Shown here in pieces: positions 10,008 to 20,186 of a DNA stretch of 64,000 nucleotides. Each line of letters opens with the position of its first letter. Position 1 is the stretch's first letter. The DNA comes from an uncultured delta proteobacterium (GTDB lineage Bacteria > Myxococcota > B64-G9), in NCBI GenBank assembly GCA_963754925.1, contig CAVWHX010000007.1:1-64000 (forward strand). Reading direction: 5' to 3'. The notes beneath the pieces are model-generated. The model was given only the letters and a program-made list of their open reading frames with translations, was not told the DNA's origin and made no database searches. A program made the position numbers and the translations under genes.

Positions 10008-13000
10008 ATGAACGTACGTTCTTGCATGTCTCCGGTAACAACCATACTGGTAGCGGTGTTGGGGTGGGGAATACCGTTTTCGACGCACGCCCAGGACGAT
10101 GAAGATCTTCGCACCGGCCCAGCCAAGATCACCTTGCCGATGATCGAAGAGAGAAAAGCCGCTAGCGTCATCGTAGAAGGGAAACTGCTTGATGATGAAA
10201 TCTCACAACTAAAAGAAATAATTCAGAATACGCCGGAGGGTTCTTCGAAAGCAGACCTCCTATTTCGCCTTTCTGAACGCTACTACGATACATCCCGCGC
10301 CCTCAATTTTCGCGAGATGCAGGAGTACGACAAGAACATTCAAAAATGGATGCAGGATAGAGAGAAAAATACCGACCTTCCCGAGCCCGTTATCGATAAC
10401 CGCAGAAGTCAGGCCGCCATGCAACGGGCCATGGAATTGTGGCGGATGCTTCAAACCGACTATAAGAATTACACCCGCCGCGACGAAGTTATGGTGACCA
10501 TGGGCTACAACTTATACGAGAATGGGGAGAAGGACGAAGGCGTGAAAATGTACCGGGAGCTCGTCAAGGAGTATCCCAAAAGTCGCTTTTCGCCGGATGC
10601 ACTGTTGGCCATCGGCGAGTATTACTATGCAAAAAAAGATGTCCCTAACGCCAAGAAGGCCTATGCGCGTGCGCTGAACTACAAAGATTCGAGAGCTGGT
10701 ACGCTCGCTCTTTATAAGCTTGCGTGGTGTGACTATACGTTGGCAAACTTTTCGGAAGCGATCCAAAAGTTCAAACAGACGGTGGAACGTATCAATACCG
10801 AAGAAGCACGGCCTGTTGAGGCAGAGCGTGGTAACCGTCAACTCAAGCGAGAAGTATTACGGGACCTCGTATTGGCTTTCGCCCAGCAAAGCGCCTGTGA
10901 AACAGCCAAAGATTACTATCTTAAGCAGGTAGGTGAGAAAGGCGCGTTCGAATATCTTCGTCTGCTCAGCCTGACATACGAGCGCCGTGGTAAAAACGAG
11001 ATGGCGATTCGCTCATACCGACTCTTACTGAACGACTATCCGACCGAATCCGATTGCCCGTCGTTCCAACATGCGATCGTGCAATGCTTTCATCGACTCC
11101 ACCGAATTGGCGACGTCAAACGCGAGGTCAACCGCCTCATCGAACAATATCAACCGGGGTCCGCGTGGGCAGAGGCCAATAACGGCAATACGGCGGCGCT
11201 CCAGAAAGCATCCGCTCTGGTTGAAGAATCGTTGCACGATCGGGCAACGACGGTCGGCGGCAGCAAGAATACTATAGAAAGCCCGGACTCCCTTCCAAAG
11301 AACAAGCAGGCCGACGGCGCCCTGTATACCGCTATGGTCGGGTTTAACCAGGCACAGCAATTCGATTTGGCTATCGATTCAGGAAAACGCCTGCTAACCG
11401 ACTATCCGAACTCCAATCACCGTGATGCAACGATTATTCTGCTTTCGACCCTCTACGAGCGAATTGCCGATTTCGGCTCGGCTGCCGCCTATCATGAAAT
11501 GTGCTTAGATCGCTGGCTTACACACCGAGGGCTTAACCAGGACAACCGTGAACGAGAGGTAGATACTACTGCTCGCGATAAGCAGGCGCGAGATGCGCTC
11601 TCAAAAGCCGCATCGCTACGCGAGAGTACTGGCGAATATGCCAAGGCCATCAATGATTACGTCAAATATATAAAATATTTCTCCGACACAGATGGTGCCA
11701 CCGATCATCTCTATCGCGTGGGTCTGATATACGAGCGCCTGGGCAAGTGGCGGGATGCCGACCGTCTTTGGGAGGGTTATCTCCAGAAATATGCAGCGCG
11801 ATCAACTTCCGCTAGAGTTCTCAACGTTACCTATAAGCATGCGTTGGCGTTGCACCATATCGGAAGACAAAAAGAATCAGATAAACTCTTCAGCTGGATT
11901 CTCGACGCTTATTCCAAACTATCAAATGAGGAGCGTACCTCCGATATCAACACTATGATCTCGCAGGTGCGTTTCTTAAGACTAGAACCCGAATTCAACA
12001 ACTTCAATACCATCAAGCTCGTGCTACCCCCGAATATCTTGAAACACAATTTGTACCTAAAGATAGATGCTCGATCCAAGCTTGAGAAAAAATATGAGGA
12101 AATAGTACCATTGCAGGATCCTGATTGGAGTTTAGCGGCATTGGTCAGGATCGGCCAGATCAACCAGAATCTCGGCCAGTCGATGGGTGAAGCTCCGATA
12201 CCCCATGACCTAACACCCAGTCAACAGGATAGTTATGTGCAAGAACTTCAAAAGCAGGCATTGCCGTTTGAAGAAAAAGCGATCGGTAGTTATCAAAAGG
12301 TGATTGCGATAGCTACCGCCAAGGGGATCTACAATGATTGGATGCTCCAGGCTCAGGATCTTTTACACGTCTATCAGCCAACGCTGTACCCTGAACCCTT
12401 TAAGGCGGGCATCGCTCCGAGCCAAAACTCATACCACCGAGGTCTGATACCGGAAAAAGTCGATGATTCGGCAACGTCAGGAAATGCTCATTACAATGTC
12501 GGCGTTAACTTGATGAGTACGGGTGATGGTGACGGCGCGCGCCGGGAGTTTGAATCAGCGTTGAAGATCGATCCTACTCATCGCGATGCAATGCTCAATC
12601 TCGGCGAATTATCCAAAGAAGAGAATAACTATATCCTTGCAATCGATGTCTACAAGAACGCGCTTCGTGTTCTCCCCAACGATCCGCTCATCCTCAACAA
12701 TTTGGTTGTCTGTTACCGTCTAACCCGTCAGTATCAAGAGGCAGAAGCCGTCGGTTACCGATTGCTCGCCCATGCGCCCGAGAACGTTGAGGCTTACAAA
12801 AACATGGCGCTGGTATACCTTGATCAGGGCACCTATGAGATGGCCGAGACGTTTGCTATTCATGCCATCAACCTACTTCAACGGCAACGCCAAAACGATC
12901 CGTCCATTCCTGAAGATGCCGGCAGCTACAACAATCTTGGGCTCGTGTATTTCAAATCTGGTCGGCCACACGATGCCCTGCAACAGTTTTCGAAGGCTCT

Positions 13001-13397
13001 GGAAATCAAGCCCGATCACCTGGGTGCGTTGATAAACATCGGCGCGCTTGCCCACCAGTACCGTGATTATGCACGAGCGCAAGCGGTCTATGAGAAGGTG
13101 CTCAAGGTGGATCCTAACAATCACGTGGCGTCACGAGGGCTTGCCTACGCCGTTTTTGGTTCTGGCAATGCTCAGCGCACGATAGAGTTGATGAATGGGC
13201 TCCTCGCTCGTAACCCCGATGAGATAAAAGCTTATTACATCTTAGGGGTGGTATACGATACGTTCCTCCATGATTTTGCCAAAGCCGTTGGTTACTATGA
13301 ACGGTACCTTGCCAAGATGGGTTTTGCCCTCGCTTCCAACGATCCGGTTAAAGCGCGCTTGGCCGAGGCCAGGGCCAAACTCGAAGAACACCCCTAA
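10008..13397 (+). CDS. Exported multi-TPR protein, GltD(AgmU)-like N-terminal part fused to a GltE(AglT)-like TPR tail
   Basis: Signal-like N-terminus; DLLFRLSE, RDEVMVTMGYNLYE, YKLAWCDY, QALPFEEKAI...GIYNDW, then ALINIGALAHQYRDY TPRs. Confidence 0.75.
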   Translation: MNVRSCMSPVTTILVAVLGWGIPFSTHAQDDEDLRTGPAKITLPMIEERKAASVIVEGKLLDDEISQLKEIIQNTPEGSSKADLLFRLSERYYDTSRALNFREMQEYDKNIQKWMQDREKNTDLPEPVIDNRRSQAAMQRAMELWRMLQTDYKNYTRRDEVMVTMGYNLYENGEKDEGVKMYRELVKEYPKSRFSPDALLAIGEYYYAKKDVPNAKKAYARALNYKDSRAGTLALYKLAWCDYTLANFSEAIQKFKQTVERINTEEARPVEAERGNRQLKREVLRDLVLAFAQQSACETAKDYYLKQVGEKGAFEYLRLLSLTYERRGKNEMAIRSYRLLLNDYPTESDCPSFQHAIVQCFHRLHRIGDVKREVNRLIEQYQPGSAWAEANNGNTAALQKASALVEESLHDRATTVGGSKNTIESPDSLPKNKQADGALYTAMVGFNQAQQFDLAIDSGKRLLTDYPNSNHRDATIILLSTLYERIADFGSAAAYHEMCLDRWLTHRGLNQDNREREVDTTARDKQARDALSKAASLRESTGEYAKAINDYVKYIKYFSDTDGATDHLYRVGLIYERLGKWRDADRLWEGYLQKYAARSTSARVLNVTYKHALALHHIGRQKESDKLFSWILDAYSKLSNEERTSDINTMISQVRFLRLEPEFNNFNTIKLVLPPNILKHNLYLKIDARSKLEKKYEEIVPLQDPDWSLAALVRIGQINQNLGQSMGEAPIPHDLTPSQQDSYVQELQKQALPFEEKAIGSYQKVIAIATAKGIYNDWMLQAQDLLHVYQPTLYPEPFKAGIAPSQNSYHRGLIPEKVDDSATSGNAHYNVGVNLMSTGDGDGARREFESALKIDPTHRDAMLNLGELSKEENNYILAIDVYKNALRVLPNDPLILNNLVVCYRLTRQYQEAEAVGYRLLAHAPENVEAYKNMALVYLDQGTYEMAETFAIHAINLLQRQRQNDPSIPEDAGSYNNLGLVYFKSGRPHDALQQFSKALEIKPDHLGALINIGALAHQYRDYARAQAVYEKVLKVDPNNHVASRGLAYAVFGSGNAQRTIELMNGLLARNPDEIKAYYILGVVYDTFLHDFAKAVGYYERYLAKMGFALASNDPVKARLAEARAKLEEHP

Positions 13398-13487
13398 GCC
13401 CTTGGGCTAAATGAAACGCTACCAACCAGAACGCACACGAATTTTACGAAACAGTATTTGTGTGATATTCTTAGCTGGGGAAAGAGA

Positions 13488-16400
13488 ATGGCGCAATCAC
13501 GCTATCGAATCTTGGCGGTGGATGACGACGCCGACGTGCTCGAGTTCTTAGGGCATGTTTTCAAAGACGATTATGATGTATTCCTCGCTTCAGATGGCGA
13601 CAATGCTCTTGAAATCTTACACAATAATCCAATAGATTTATTGATAACCGACCAACGCATGCCGCAGATGCCCGGTATTGAGCTGATCGAAGAGGCGAAT
13701 AAGCTCAATCCAGCGATGGCGCGAATACTGCTGACCGGCTATCCGGAGCAAAATACCCTCATCGACGCCATCAATCGCGGTGAAGTTCAGCGGTATATTA
13801 CTAAACCTTTTAAGATAAACGAGTTACGCCTCGCCATCCGTGATAGTCTTGAAGCCTATCAACTCAGGCTCGACAAAGAACGCCTGCTTGCCGAACAGCA
13901 ACTACGGCTCAATGCTCTGACGGTCTTTTTGGATCTCAGCCGAGAGGCTGCCCAGGCAGGATCCTATGAAGAAATTGTACAGGCGGTCATAAAGTATTTA
14001 CCGTACCTGGTTGAGTTCGACGCCTGCGCCGCGCTTGTCGAACAGGATACGAGCGGCCGATCACTGTTGCATATCCACTGCCGCCATGCGGTCCACGAAG
14101 AACCTCTTTTCCAGATCCGGGACGGCGTGCTGGATACCTACCATACCCTTACGAAACGCCGTTTGGACGAAAAGAACCTCTTACTCCAGGTCACCGGAGA
14201 GCGTGCGGAGCCCAAGGGCCCGAGCATTTCCTTCAAATCCCGCTTATCGGTATTGTTGCGCCCGGAAGGCGAGCCCGCGGGTGTCATTGAGTTGTTCGCC
14301 GTGAAACCCGAGGCGTTCAGCGAAGAAACCCGCACCTTGCTCGATATCCTTGCCAATCAAACATCCCACATCATTACCGCGCTGCGCAAACAGCTGCTGA
14401 CCGAACGTCAGCGACTGGAGTTAATGGTGCAGAGTTTGGCGGATGGCGTGTTGATGGTTGATGAGCGCGATCGGGTTTTTGTAGTTAACCCAGCCGCCCG
14501 ACAAATGTTGCACCTACCCCCGGATACACCGGTCGATACCCAGTATCTCAAACATACCCTTGGGTTCTACCCGTTTGATCTCGTCCGCGGCTGGCCGAGT
14601 CGCGAGCATGCCATCGTTCGTGAGCAAATCCAGGTTTTTGATCGCATACTTCATTCGATTGTCTCGCCGGTCCTCATGGATGGCAGGTTGGTGGGCGTGG
14701 CGGTGGTGCTTCGCGATATCACCGAGGAAAAACGTATCGAGGATCGCAAAGAGGAATTCGTTTCGATAATAAGCCACGAATTGCGCAGCCCCCTCACCAG
14801 TATTGGCGGCGCACTGGATTTACTCCAGAACGGCCTGGCCGGTCCGGTCAACGAAAAGCAGATGCGGTATGTGCGGCTTGCAAAAAGCAGTTGCGAAAAG
14901 CTCAACATGATTATCGACGATCTGATCGACACGCGCCGCTTTGAAGAAGGCAAGCTGCAGATGGAGGTCAACCAGCTCAACCTGGACGAGTTGGTCCAGG
15001 AGGCTACCGAAAACTACCAAGCCGCCGCGCTCGAAAAGAGGGTGCATCTCAAGTTTAAGGCCCCCGCGCCGCCGGTGCCGGTTAGCGGCGATCGCAATCG
15101 CTTGCATCAGGTTCTCAACAACCTACTCTCCAACGCCCTGAAATTCACTCCCGAACAGGGTGTTATCCTCGTGGAGCTGCTGGTGACCGATGACCTGCCG
15201 GAGTTGGTGGGCGTCAGCGTTTTCAATAATGGTGAAGAGATCGATGAACAAGATCACCAGCGTATCTTTGACAAATTCGAACAAGCTCAACGAAGCCGGC
15301 CCGGGATGGTGTCTGGCTCGGGCCTCGGCCTGAGCATTTCAAAGAACATCGTTGAGGCTCACGGGGGGGCCATTTGGGTTGAAAGCGGTCGCGGGGAGGG
15401 GACCCGCTTTATCTTCACGGTGCCGAAGCTCCCAAGCCCGAGCACGCAACCGCAAACGGAACACGAGAAGACCCATTGGCTGACGCGGTTCAAGAGTCCG
15501 CCCCGGTTGCTCATTGTCGACGACGACCCCGCTGCCGCGTATGTTCTCAAAGGCTTTCTCGTGGGATGCGGGTACTACGCCCACGTCGCCGCCAATCGCA
15601 ACGAGGCGTTACGATGTGCCCGCGATCGACATCCCGATCTGATCCTGATAGAGCTTTGTATATCGTCGCCGATCGACTTTCGGCAGCTGTCCGATATTTT
15701 ACGCCACGACCCCGAGACCCGCGAGATACCGATGTTGGTGCTTTCGGTCCAGGCTTCGGAGAACGAGGCGTTTCAATCCGGCGCCGCAGCCTACCTGAAC
15801 AAACCAGTGGCGTTGGAAGATCTACTTGAGAAAGTCCAGGGTCTGCTCGAGGCACGGCGCTTAATCCGACGCATGTACAAGGTGCTGATTGTCGACGACG
15901 ACCCCGCCATCCGCACCGTTTGTTGCGAGGTGCTCAAACAGCACGGGTACGCGGTCTTCGAAGCGGGATCCGGTCGCCAAGCGCTCGAGATGCTCGCGAA
16001 ACAGCAGTTTGACGCCATACTGCTCGATATCATGTTGCCGGACTTCGACGGGTTCCAGATGACCGAAAAGATTCGCGCCGATCGATCGAGCGCGGCCGTG
16101 CCGATCATCTTCGTGAGCTCGTTGGGAAAGACATCGGACAAAATCCACGCGCTGCGCTCGGGAGGGGACGACTACGTCGTCAAACCCTTCGATGCCCTTG
16201 AATTGGCTGCCCGCGTTGATTCGGTCATTCAGCGCAAGGAGCGCGAGCAAGGCACGAGCCCAAACACCGGCCTTCCCGGGAGCACGCTGCTCGAGCGCGA
16301 GCTCAACCGACGCTTGGCGGCATTGAAATCATTCGTTTTGTGCTACTTGGACATCGACCAACTCAAGCCATTTAATGATTATTATGGGTATGCCAAAGCG

Positions 16401-16814
16401 GACGGGGTGGTCCAGCAAACCGCCGACTTGATTCGCGACGTGGTCTTTAAGCTTGGCAGCGCCGCCGATTTCGTTGGCCATATCGCGGGAGACGATTTTG
16501 TGATCGTGTGCGAGCCGGATCATCTGAGACCGATAGCCAACCAGATCATCCAGACCTTTGACCGATTGATGCCCCTGTATTACAACGAATCCGATCGCCA
16601 GCGCGGCTACATCGAGGCCGACGATCGTTTCGGTCAGCGACGCCGTTTCCCGGTCATGAGCATTTCATTGGCGGCGATACACGCGCAGCCGGGCCAGTAC
16701 CATTCACCGGTCGAACTTTCCGTGCGAGCAGCGGAGCTCAAGAAAAAGGCCAAGGCTATCCCCGGAAGCATTTTGGTGGACGATAAACCATCCTGTGACG
16801 AAGTGCCGGCATAG
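13488..16814 (+). CDS. Hybrid histidine kinase REC-GAF-PAS-HisKA-HATPase-REC-REC-GGDEF (degenerate AGDDF), TmoK-like architecture
   Basis: DQRMP, SHELRSPL, NLLSNALKF, GSGLGL, second REC with D replaced by E (LILIEL), LLDIMLP, GHIAGDDF. Confidence 0.9.
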   Translation: MAQSRYRILAVDDDADVLEFLGHVFKDDYDVFLASDGDNALEILHNNPIDLLITDQRMPQMPGIELIEEANKLNPAMARILLTGYPEQNTLIDAINRGEVQRYITKPFKINELRLAIRDSLEAYQLRLDKERLLAEQQLRLNALTVFLDLSREAAQAGSYEEIVQAVIKYLPYLVEFDACAALVEQDTSGRSLLHIHCRHAVHEEPLFQIRDGVLDTYHTLTKRRLDEKNLLLQVTGERAEPKGPSISFKSRLSVLLRPEGEPAGVIELFAVKPEAFSEETRTLLDILANQTSHIITALRKQLLTERQRLELMVQSLADGVLMVDERDRVFVVNPAARQMLHLPPDTPVDTQYLKHTLGFYPFDLVRGWPSREHAIVREQIQVFDRILHSIVSPVLMDGRLVGVAVVLRDITEEKRIEDRKEEFVSIISHELRSPLTSIGGALDLLQNGLAGPVNEKQMRYVRLAKSSCEKLNMIIDDLIDTRRFEEGKLQMEVNQLNLDELVQEATENYQAAALEKRVHLKFKAPAPPVPVSGDRNRLHQVLNNLLSNALKFTPEQGVILVELLVTDDLPELVGVSVFNNGEEIDEQDHQRIFDKFEQAQRSRPGMVSGSGLGLSISKNIVEAHGGAIWVESGRGEGTRFIFTVPKLPSPSTQPQTEHEKTHWLTRFKSPPRLLIVDDDPAAAYVLKGFLVGCGYYAHVAANRNEALRCARDRHPDLILIELCISSPIDFRQLSDILRHDPETREIPMLVLSVQASENEAFQSGAAAYLNKPVALEDLLEKVQGLLEARRLIRRMYKVLIVDDDPAIRTVCCEVLKQHGYAVFEAGSGRQALEMLAKQQFDAILLDIMLPDFDGFQMTEKIRADRSSAAVPIIFVSSLGKTSDKIHALRSGGDDYVVKPFDALELAARVDSVIQRKEREQGTSPNTGLPGSTLLERELNRRLAALKSFVLCYLDIDQLKPFNDYYGYAKADGVVQQTADLIRDVVFKLGSAADFVGHIAGDDFVIVCEPDHLRPIANQIIQTFDRLMPLYYNESDRQRGYIEADDRFGQRRRFPVMSISLAAIHAQPGQYHSPVELSVRAAELKKKAKAIPGSILVDDKPSCDEVPA

Positions 16815-16956
16815 CGCCGAGCGCCACGAATAACTCGTACGCTTCTCGTTGACCTACTACCAGAATCCTTGCTTGTTTGTTTGCGCAAGGTGTGTTATCT
16901 ACCGTTGCCGAACGAATGAGGAAATGAAGATCGGGTTATTGACAAGGAGTGACCCC

Positions 16957-17427
16957 ATGCCGTTCTGCCCCGTGTGTCAGTCAGAATACCGAGCCGGTTT
17001 TACCCATTGCAGCAGCTGCGATGTCGATCTCGTGGACCACCTTGAGGGCGAGGTCCACTTTACCGAGGAAGAGGTGCAAAATGCCCTTTCCGGCCAAGAA
17101 TTGGTGGGGATTTCCCGGGGAACCATGGACGCGGTGCTCGAGACACGCGAATTATTGGCTGCTCAGCGCCTGCCATCGCTGGTCTTGCAGGACAAAGAGC
17201 AACCCACCGATCCCAACCAACCCAAACGTATGGTGCTGGTGGTGAGAAAATCAGACTTTCCTAAAGCCAATGAGGTGATGGGCGAAATGTTCAAGAAGTT
17301 GGTGAGCAAGGAAGGTCTCGACGCCAATGTCGAATTAAAAACAGATATCTGCCCGGCGTGCGGCAACAAACTTCCGGAAGATGCTGAAGAATGCCCTGAA
17401 TGCGGGTTGGTCATCGGTAAAGGTTAA
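16957..17427 (+). CDS. Double zinc-ribbon protein with DUF2007-like middle domain
   Basis: MPFCPVCQSEYRAGFTHCSSC and CPACG...CPECG; SD AAGGAG. Confidence 0.8.
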   Translation: MPFCPVCQSEYRAGFTHCSSCDVDLVDHLEGEVHFTEEEVQNALSGQELVGISRGTMDAVLETRELLAAQRLPSLVLQDKEQPTDPNQPKRMVLVVRKSDFPKANEVMGEMFKKLVSKEGLDANVELKTDICPACGNKLPEDAEECPECGLVIGKG

Positions 17428-17465
17428 CAAGATCATTCAAACAGAGTGAAACGAAGATCATCAAA

Positions 17466-17584
17466 GCAGCGAGGATTGTTCCGTATGGCAAGGAGAAAAC
17501 GAGGATGGAAGCGGAGCAACCTATCTTGGTTGTGAGCATTCCACCGGAGTTTTTGACAAAGTCAGACGGGACAAGGCGCGCTGC
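17466..17584. repeat. Long imperfect intergenic hairpin (ERIC/MITE-like element)
   Basis: Nested stems GCAGCG/CGCTGC, TTGTTCCGT/ACGGGACAA, AAAAC/GTTTT, TGGAA/TTCCA, CAACC/GGTTG. Confidence 0.55.
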
Positions 17585-17602
17585 GAAGCTCGGGAGGGAA
17601 CG

Positions 17603-18205
17603 ATGCTCGAAAACATTCACAGAATTGTTCACGATTGCTTTCGGTTCGATGGACCCTTAACGGTCTACACCGACCCTTTTCAGCTTCCTGACAAACTACC
17701 CCAAGCCGACGTGGTTCTTATTTCCCACGAGCATTTCGATCACTGCTCGCCTGAAGACCTGGCAAAGATAGCAAAGAAAGATACGGTCTATGTCGCCAGT
17801 GAAAGTTGTAAGGGAAAGATCAAGGGTGACGTTCGCTTGGTAAAACCTGGCCAGCAGTTAGAGGTACGAGGAATAACAATCGAAACGGTGCCAGCGTACA
17901 ATACCAACAAGAACTTTCATCCAAAAGGCGCGGGTCATGTCGGCTATATTTTTACCCTTGAAGGCCAAAGAATCTACTTTGCCGGCGATACGGACCATAT
18001 CCCTGAAATGAAAAACATACGATGCGATATTGCGCTATTGCCTGTTTCCGGCACCTATGTCATGACGGTGGATGAGGCGGTTGCCGCTGCAAACGATATT
18101 AAACCGAAGACGGTCATTCCCATGCATTACGGCGCCATTGTTGGATCTGATAACGATCCTTTAGCGTTTAAAAAGAAGTATAAAGGTGAAACAGTTATCA
18201 AATAG
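17603..18205 (+). CDS. MBL-fold metallo-hydrolase
   Basis: SHEHFDHCS, YFAGDT, VIPMHYG. Confidence 0.92.
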   Translation: MLENIHRIVHDCFRFDGPLTVYTDPFQLPDKLPQADVVLISHEHFDHCSPEDLAKIAKKDTVYVASESCKGKIKGDVRLVKPGQQLEVRGITIETVPAYNTNKNFHPKGAGHVGYIFTLEGQRIYFAGDTDHIPEMKNIRCDIALLPVSGTYVMTVDEAVAAANDIKPKTVIPMHYGAIVGSDNDPLAFKKKYKGETVIK

Positions 18206-18342
18206 TTAGGCAGATGAATCCGTTATGCAGTAAAACGCTATCGAATCCCCGCTGAAGAACAGTCGTTAGAATCCATCCAACCTGAAAATATCTTCTTATA
18301 TATCAATACATTATTAAAATATTAGCAACCAAGGGGAAAAAT

Positions 18343-18371
18343 TTGACATGTAACCACATGTAGGATATTAG
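18343..18371 (+). promoter_or_regulatory. Sigma70-type promoter with paired ACATGT palindromes (possible operator)
   Basis: TTGACA-17-TATTAG; ACATGT-aacc-ACATGT overlaps the -35 box and spacer. Confidence 0.4.
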
Positions 18372-18411
18372 TATACATATGTGAATCTGCGCAGCCAATA
18401 AGGAGGCCACT

Positions 18412-18750
18412 ATGTTGTTGTCTGAAGCATACGAGAACCGGCTGGAACCGCGAAAACCTTTCGACGCCTACCTTAATAAGTACGTTTGCGATGAACCATT
18501 CATGGTTCGATCGGCGGATATATCAAAAAATGGAATCTACCTCCACAAACTGATTGAGCCAAATATCCCGGATGGCACCATCATGGTATCGTTGGAATTC
18601 ATGCTTCCTAATTCAAACGAAGTTATTTGGGTCCGTGGCGCCGTGATACGTGAAGGTTCGCGGTGGGGCACCGACGGAGTAGGGGTCTGGTTTACCATAG
18701 TGCCCAATGCCTACCGGAGGCTCATCGATGCTTTTATTTCTGATAATTAG
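18412..18750 (+). CDS. Stand-alone PilZ-domain protein
   Basis: RLEPR (RxxxR) and DISKNG (DxSxxG); GVGVWF. Confidence 0.85.
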   Translation: MLLSEAYENRLEPRKPFDAYLNKYVCDEPFMVRSADISKNGIYLHKLIEPNIPDGTIMVSLEFMLPNSNEVIWVRGAVIREGSRWGTDGVGVWFTIVPNAYRRLIDAFISDN

Positions 18751-18769
18751 TTTTCGTCTGGTTCGCGCT

Positions 18770-20017
18770 CTAATCCCTTAACAAGAGCATCGCAAAGACC
18801 TTCGTATCCTCGACCAGATTCTCTATCTTACAATACTCGTTGGGTGCATGCGCGGTATTGTCTATAGTCGACCAAACTGCTGCCGGGATTCCCCGTCGCC
18901 TAAAGAGGGCCGCAACGGTGCCTCCTCCAATGCCGATCAGTCGAGGCTCGACGCCCCTTACCTGGCGAATAGCAGTCGACAAAACCTTAACCACCAAAGC
19001 ATCCGTTGCCGTAACCGGAGCCGCAGGCGCTATCTGTGGATACGAGGCGGAAATAACGACCTTGAATTGTTCCTCGACCTGGCGGCAAATAGTAGAAATG
19101 GTCCCCATGATGGATTCCGCACTGTAGATTGGTAATATCCTACAATCAAAATAGAATGTTTCTTCGCCCGGGATGGTGTTTATGTTTTGTACGTTAGCGT
19201 CATGCTTCGTTGGTTCGAATGTTGATTGCGGAGGATCGAAGAGCTGGCTGTATTCCGGATATTGCGCATGCAAGTCCTGATCGAGACGAACCGCCAAGTG
19301 CGCAGCCGCGCGGTGGGCATTGATTCCTTCCTGAGGAGTCGAAGCATGAACCTGCTTTCCCTTAACGGTTAATGCGCACCATAGGATGCTTTTTTCCGCT
19401 ATTTCAATGTCGGCACCTGTTGCATTTCCCGAATCAGGAACCACCACGATATCCTTTTTGCCGATAAGCTGAGGCGCATTATTGAGAACGTAATCAATAC
19501 CGTAGGCGCTGCCGGTCTCTTCGTCTGAAACCAGCGTCACGTACGAATCGGTCGTCGGATGAACACCTTCTTCCTTCAACGCCCGCAAGGCAAACAAAGA
19601 AGTTACGATGCCTTGCTGATTATCCTCCGTGCCGCGGCCGTATATTTTACCTTGTTTTACAATAGCTTCAAAAGGATTGCTCACCCAATGCTTTACGTCT
19701 CCGGGCGGAACGACATCGAGATGCGACATCACCCAAACGGCTGGATGCGACTCATTTCCTTTTAGATGGACGATAATGTTAGGGCGGGTTCCTTCGGCGA
19801 CGCGGTTATCAGGAGCGTGGTACTCAATACAATCGTTGAGGCCATATTCCTGAAGCTTTGTGATAATATAACGAGCCCGTTTCCATTCGCCTTGTCCGCC
19901 GTTTACCGGACTAATCGCCGGAAGAGCCGTGAGCGATTTTTGAAACTCGATCATGTCATCGGCATAACCGATTATACGGTTCAGTATTCTCTCAATTATT
20001 CTTTTTGGTACCGGCAT
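18770..20017 (-). CDS. M20 family metallohydrolase (ArgE/DapE-like)
   Basis: SHLDVVPPG, GRGTEDN, DEETG, GKQVHAS, GGGT, AHAPNE. Confidence 0.9.
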   Translation of the reverse strand: MPVPKRIIERILNRIIGYADDMIEFQKSLTALPAISPVNGGQGEWKRARYIITKLQEYGLNDCIEYHAPDNRVAEGTRPNIIVHLKGNESHPAVWVMSHLDVVPPGDVKHWVSNPFEAIVKQGKIYGRGTEDNQQGIVTSLFALRALKEEGVHPTTDSYVTLVSDEETGSAYGIDYVLNNAPQLIGKKDIVVVPDSGNATGADIEIAEKSILWCALTVKGKQVHASTPQEGINAHRAAAHLAVRLDQDLHAQYPEYSQLFDPPQSTFEPTKHDANVQNINTIPGEETFYFDCRILPIYSAESIMGTISTICRQVEEQFKVVISASYPQIAPAAPVTATDALVVKVLSTAIRQVRGVEPRLIGIGGGTVAALFRRRGIPAAVWSTIDNTAHAPNEYCKIENLVEDTKVFAMLLLRD

Positions 20018-20119
20018 AGTGCATATCTCCCCACAAAAAATCTGAATAGTGCTCACTAAAAGATGGCCGAAGGCTACCATTTCCATTAATTCTAGTCAAT
20101 CGATGGAAGGAGGGTCATT

Positions 20120-20147
20120 ATTTTACATAATTATTATTATGTAAAAT
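20120..20147. other. Palindromic XerD/XerD-arm dif-like site
   Basis: ATTTTACATAA-TTATTA-TTATGTAAAAT: 11-6-11 layout; the left arm is the reverse complement of the dif XerD arm. Confidence 0.65.
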
Positions 20148-20186
20148 ATATGAAGTATTTAAAAGGAATCAAACGATATAGCTATA

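Noticed and set aside
16250..16800. cGAMP-synthesising Hypr GGDEF domain
   Set aside because: The specificity position is Asp (YAKAD), not Ser/Thr, and the signature is AGDDF
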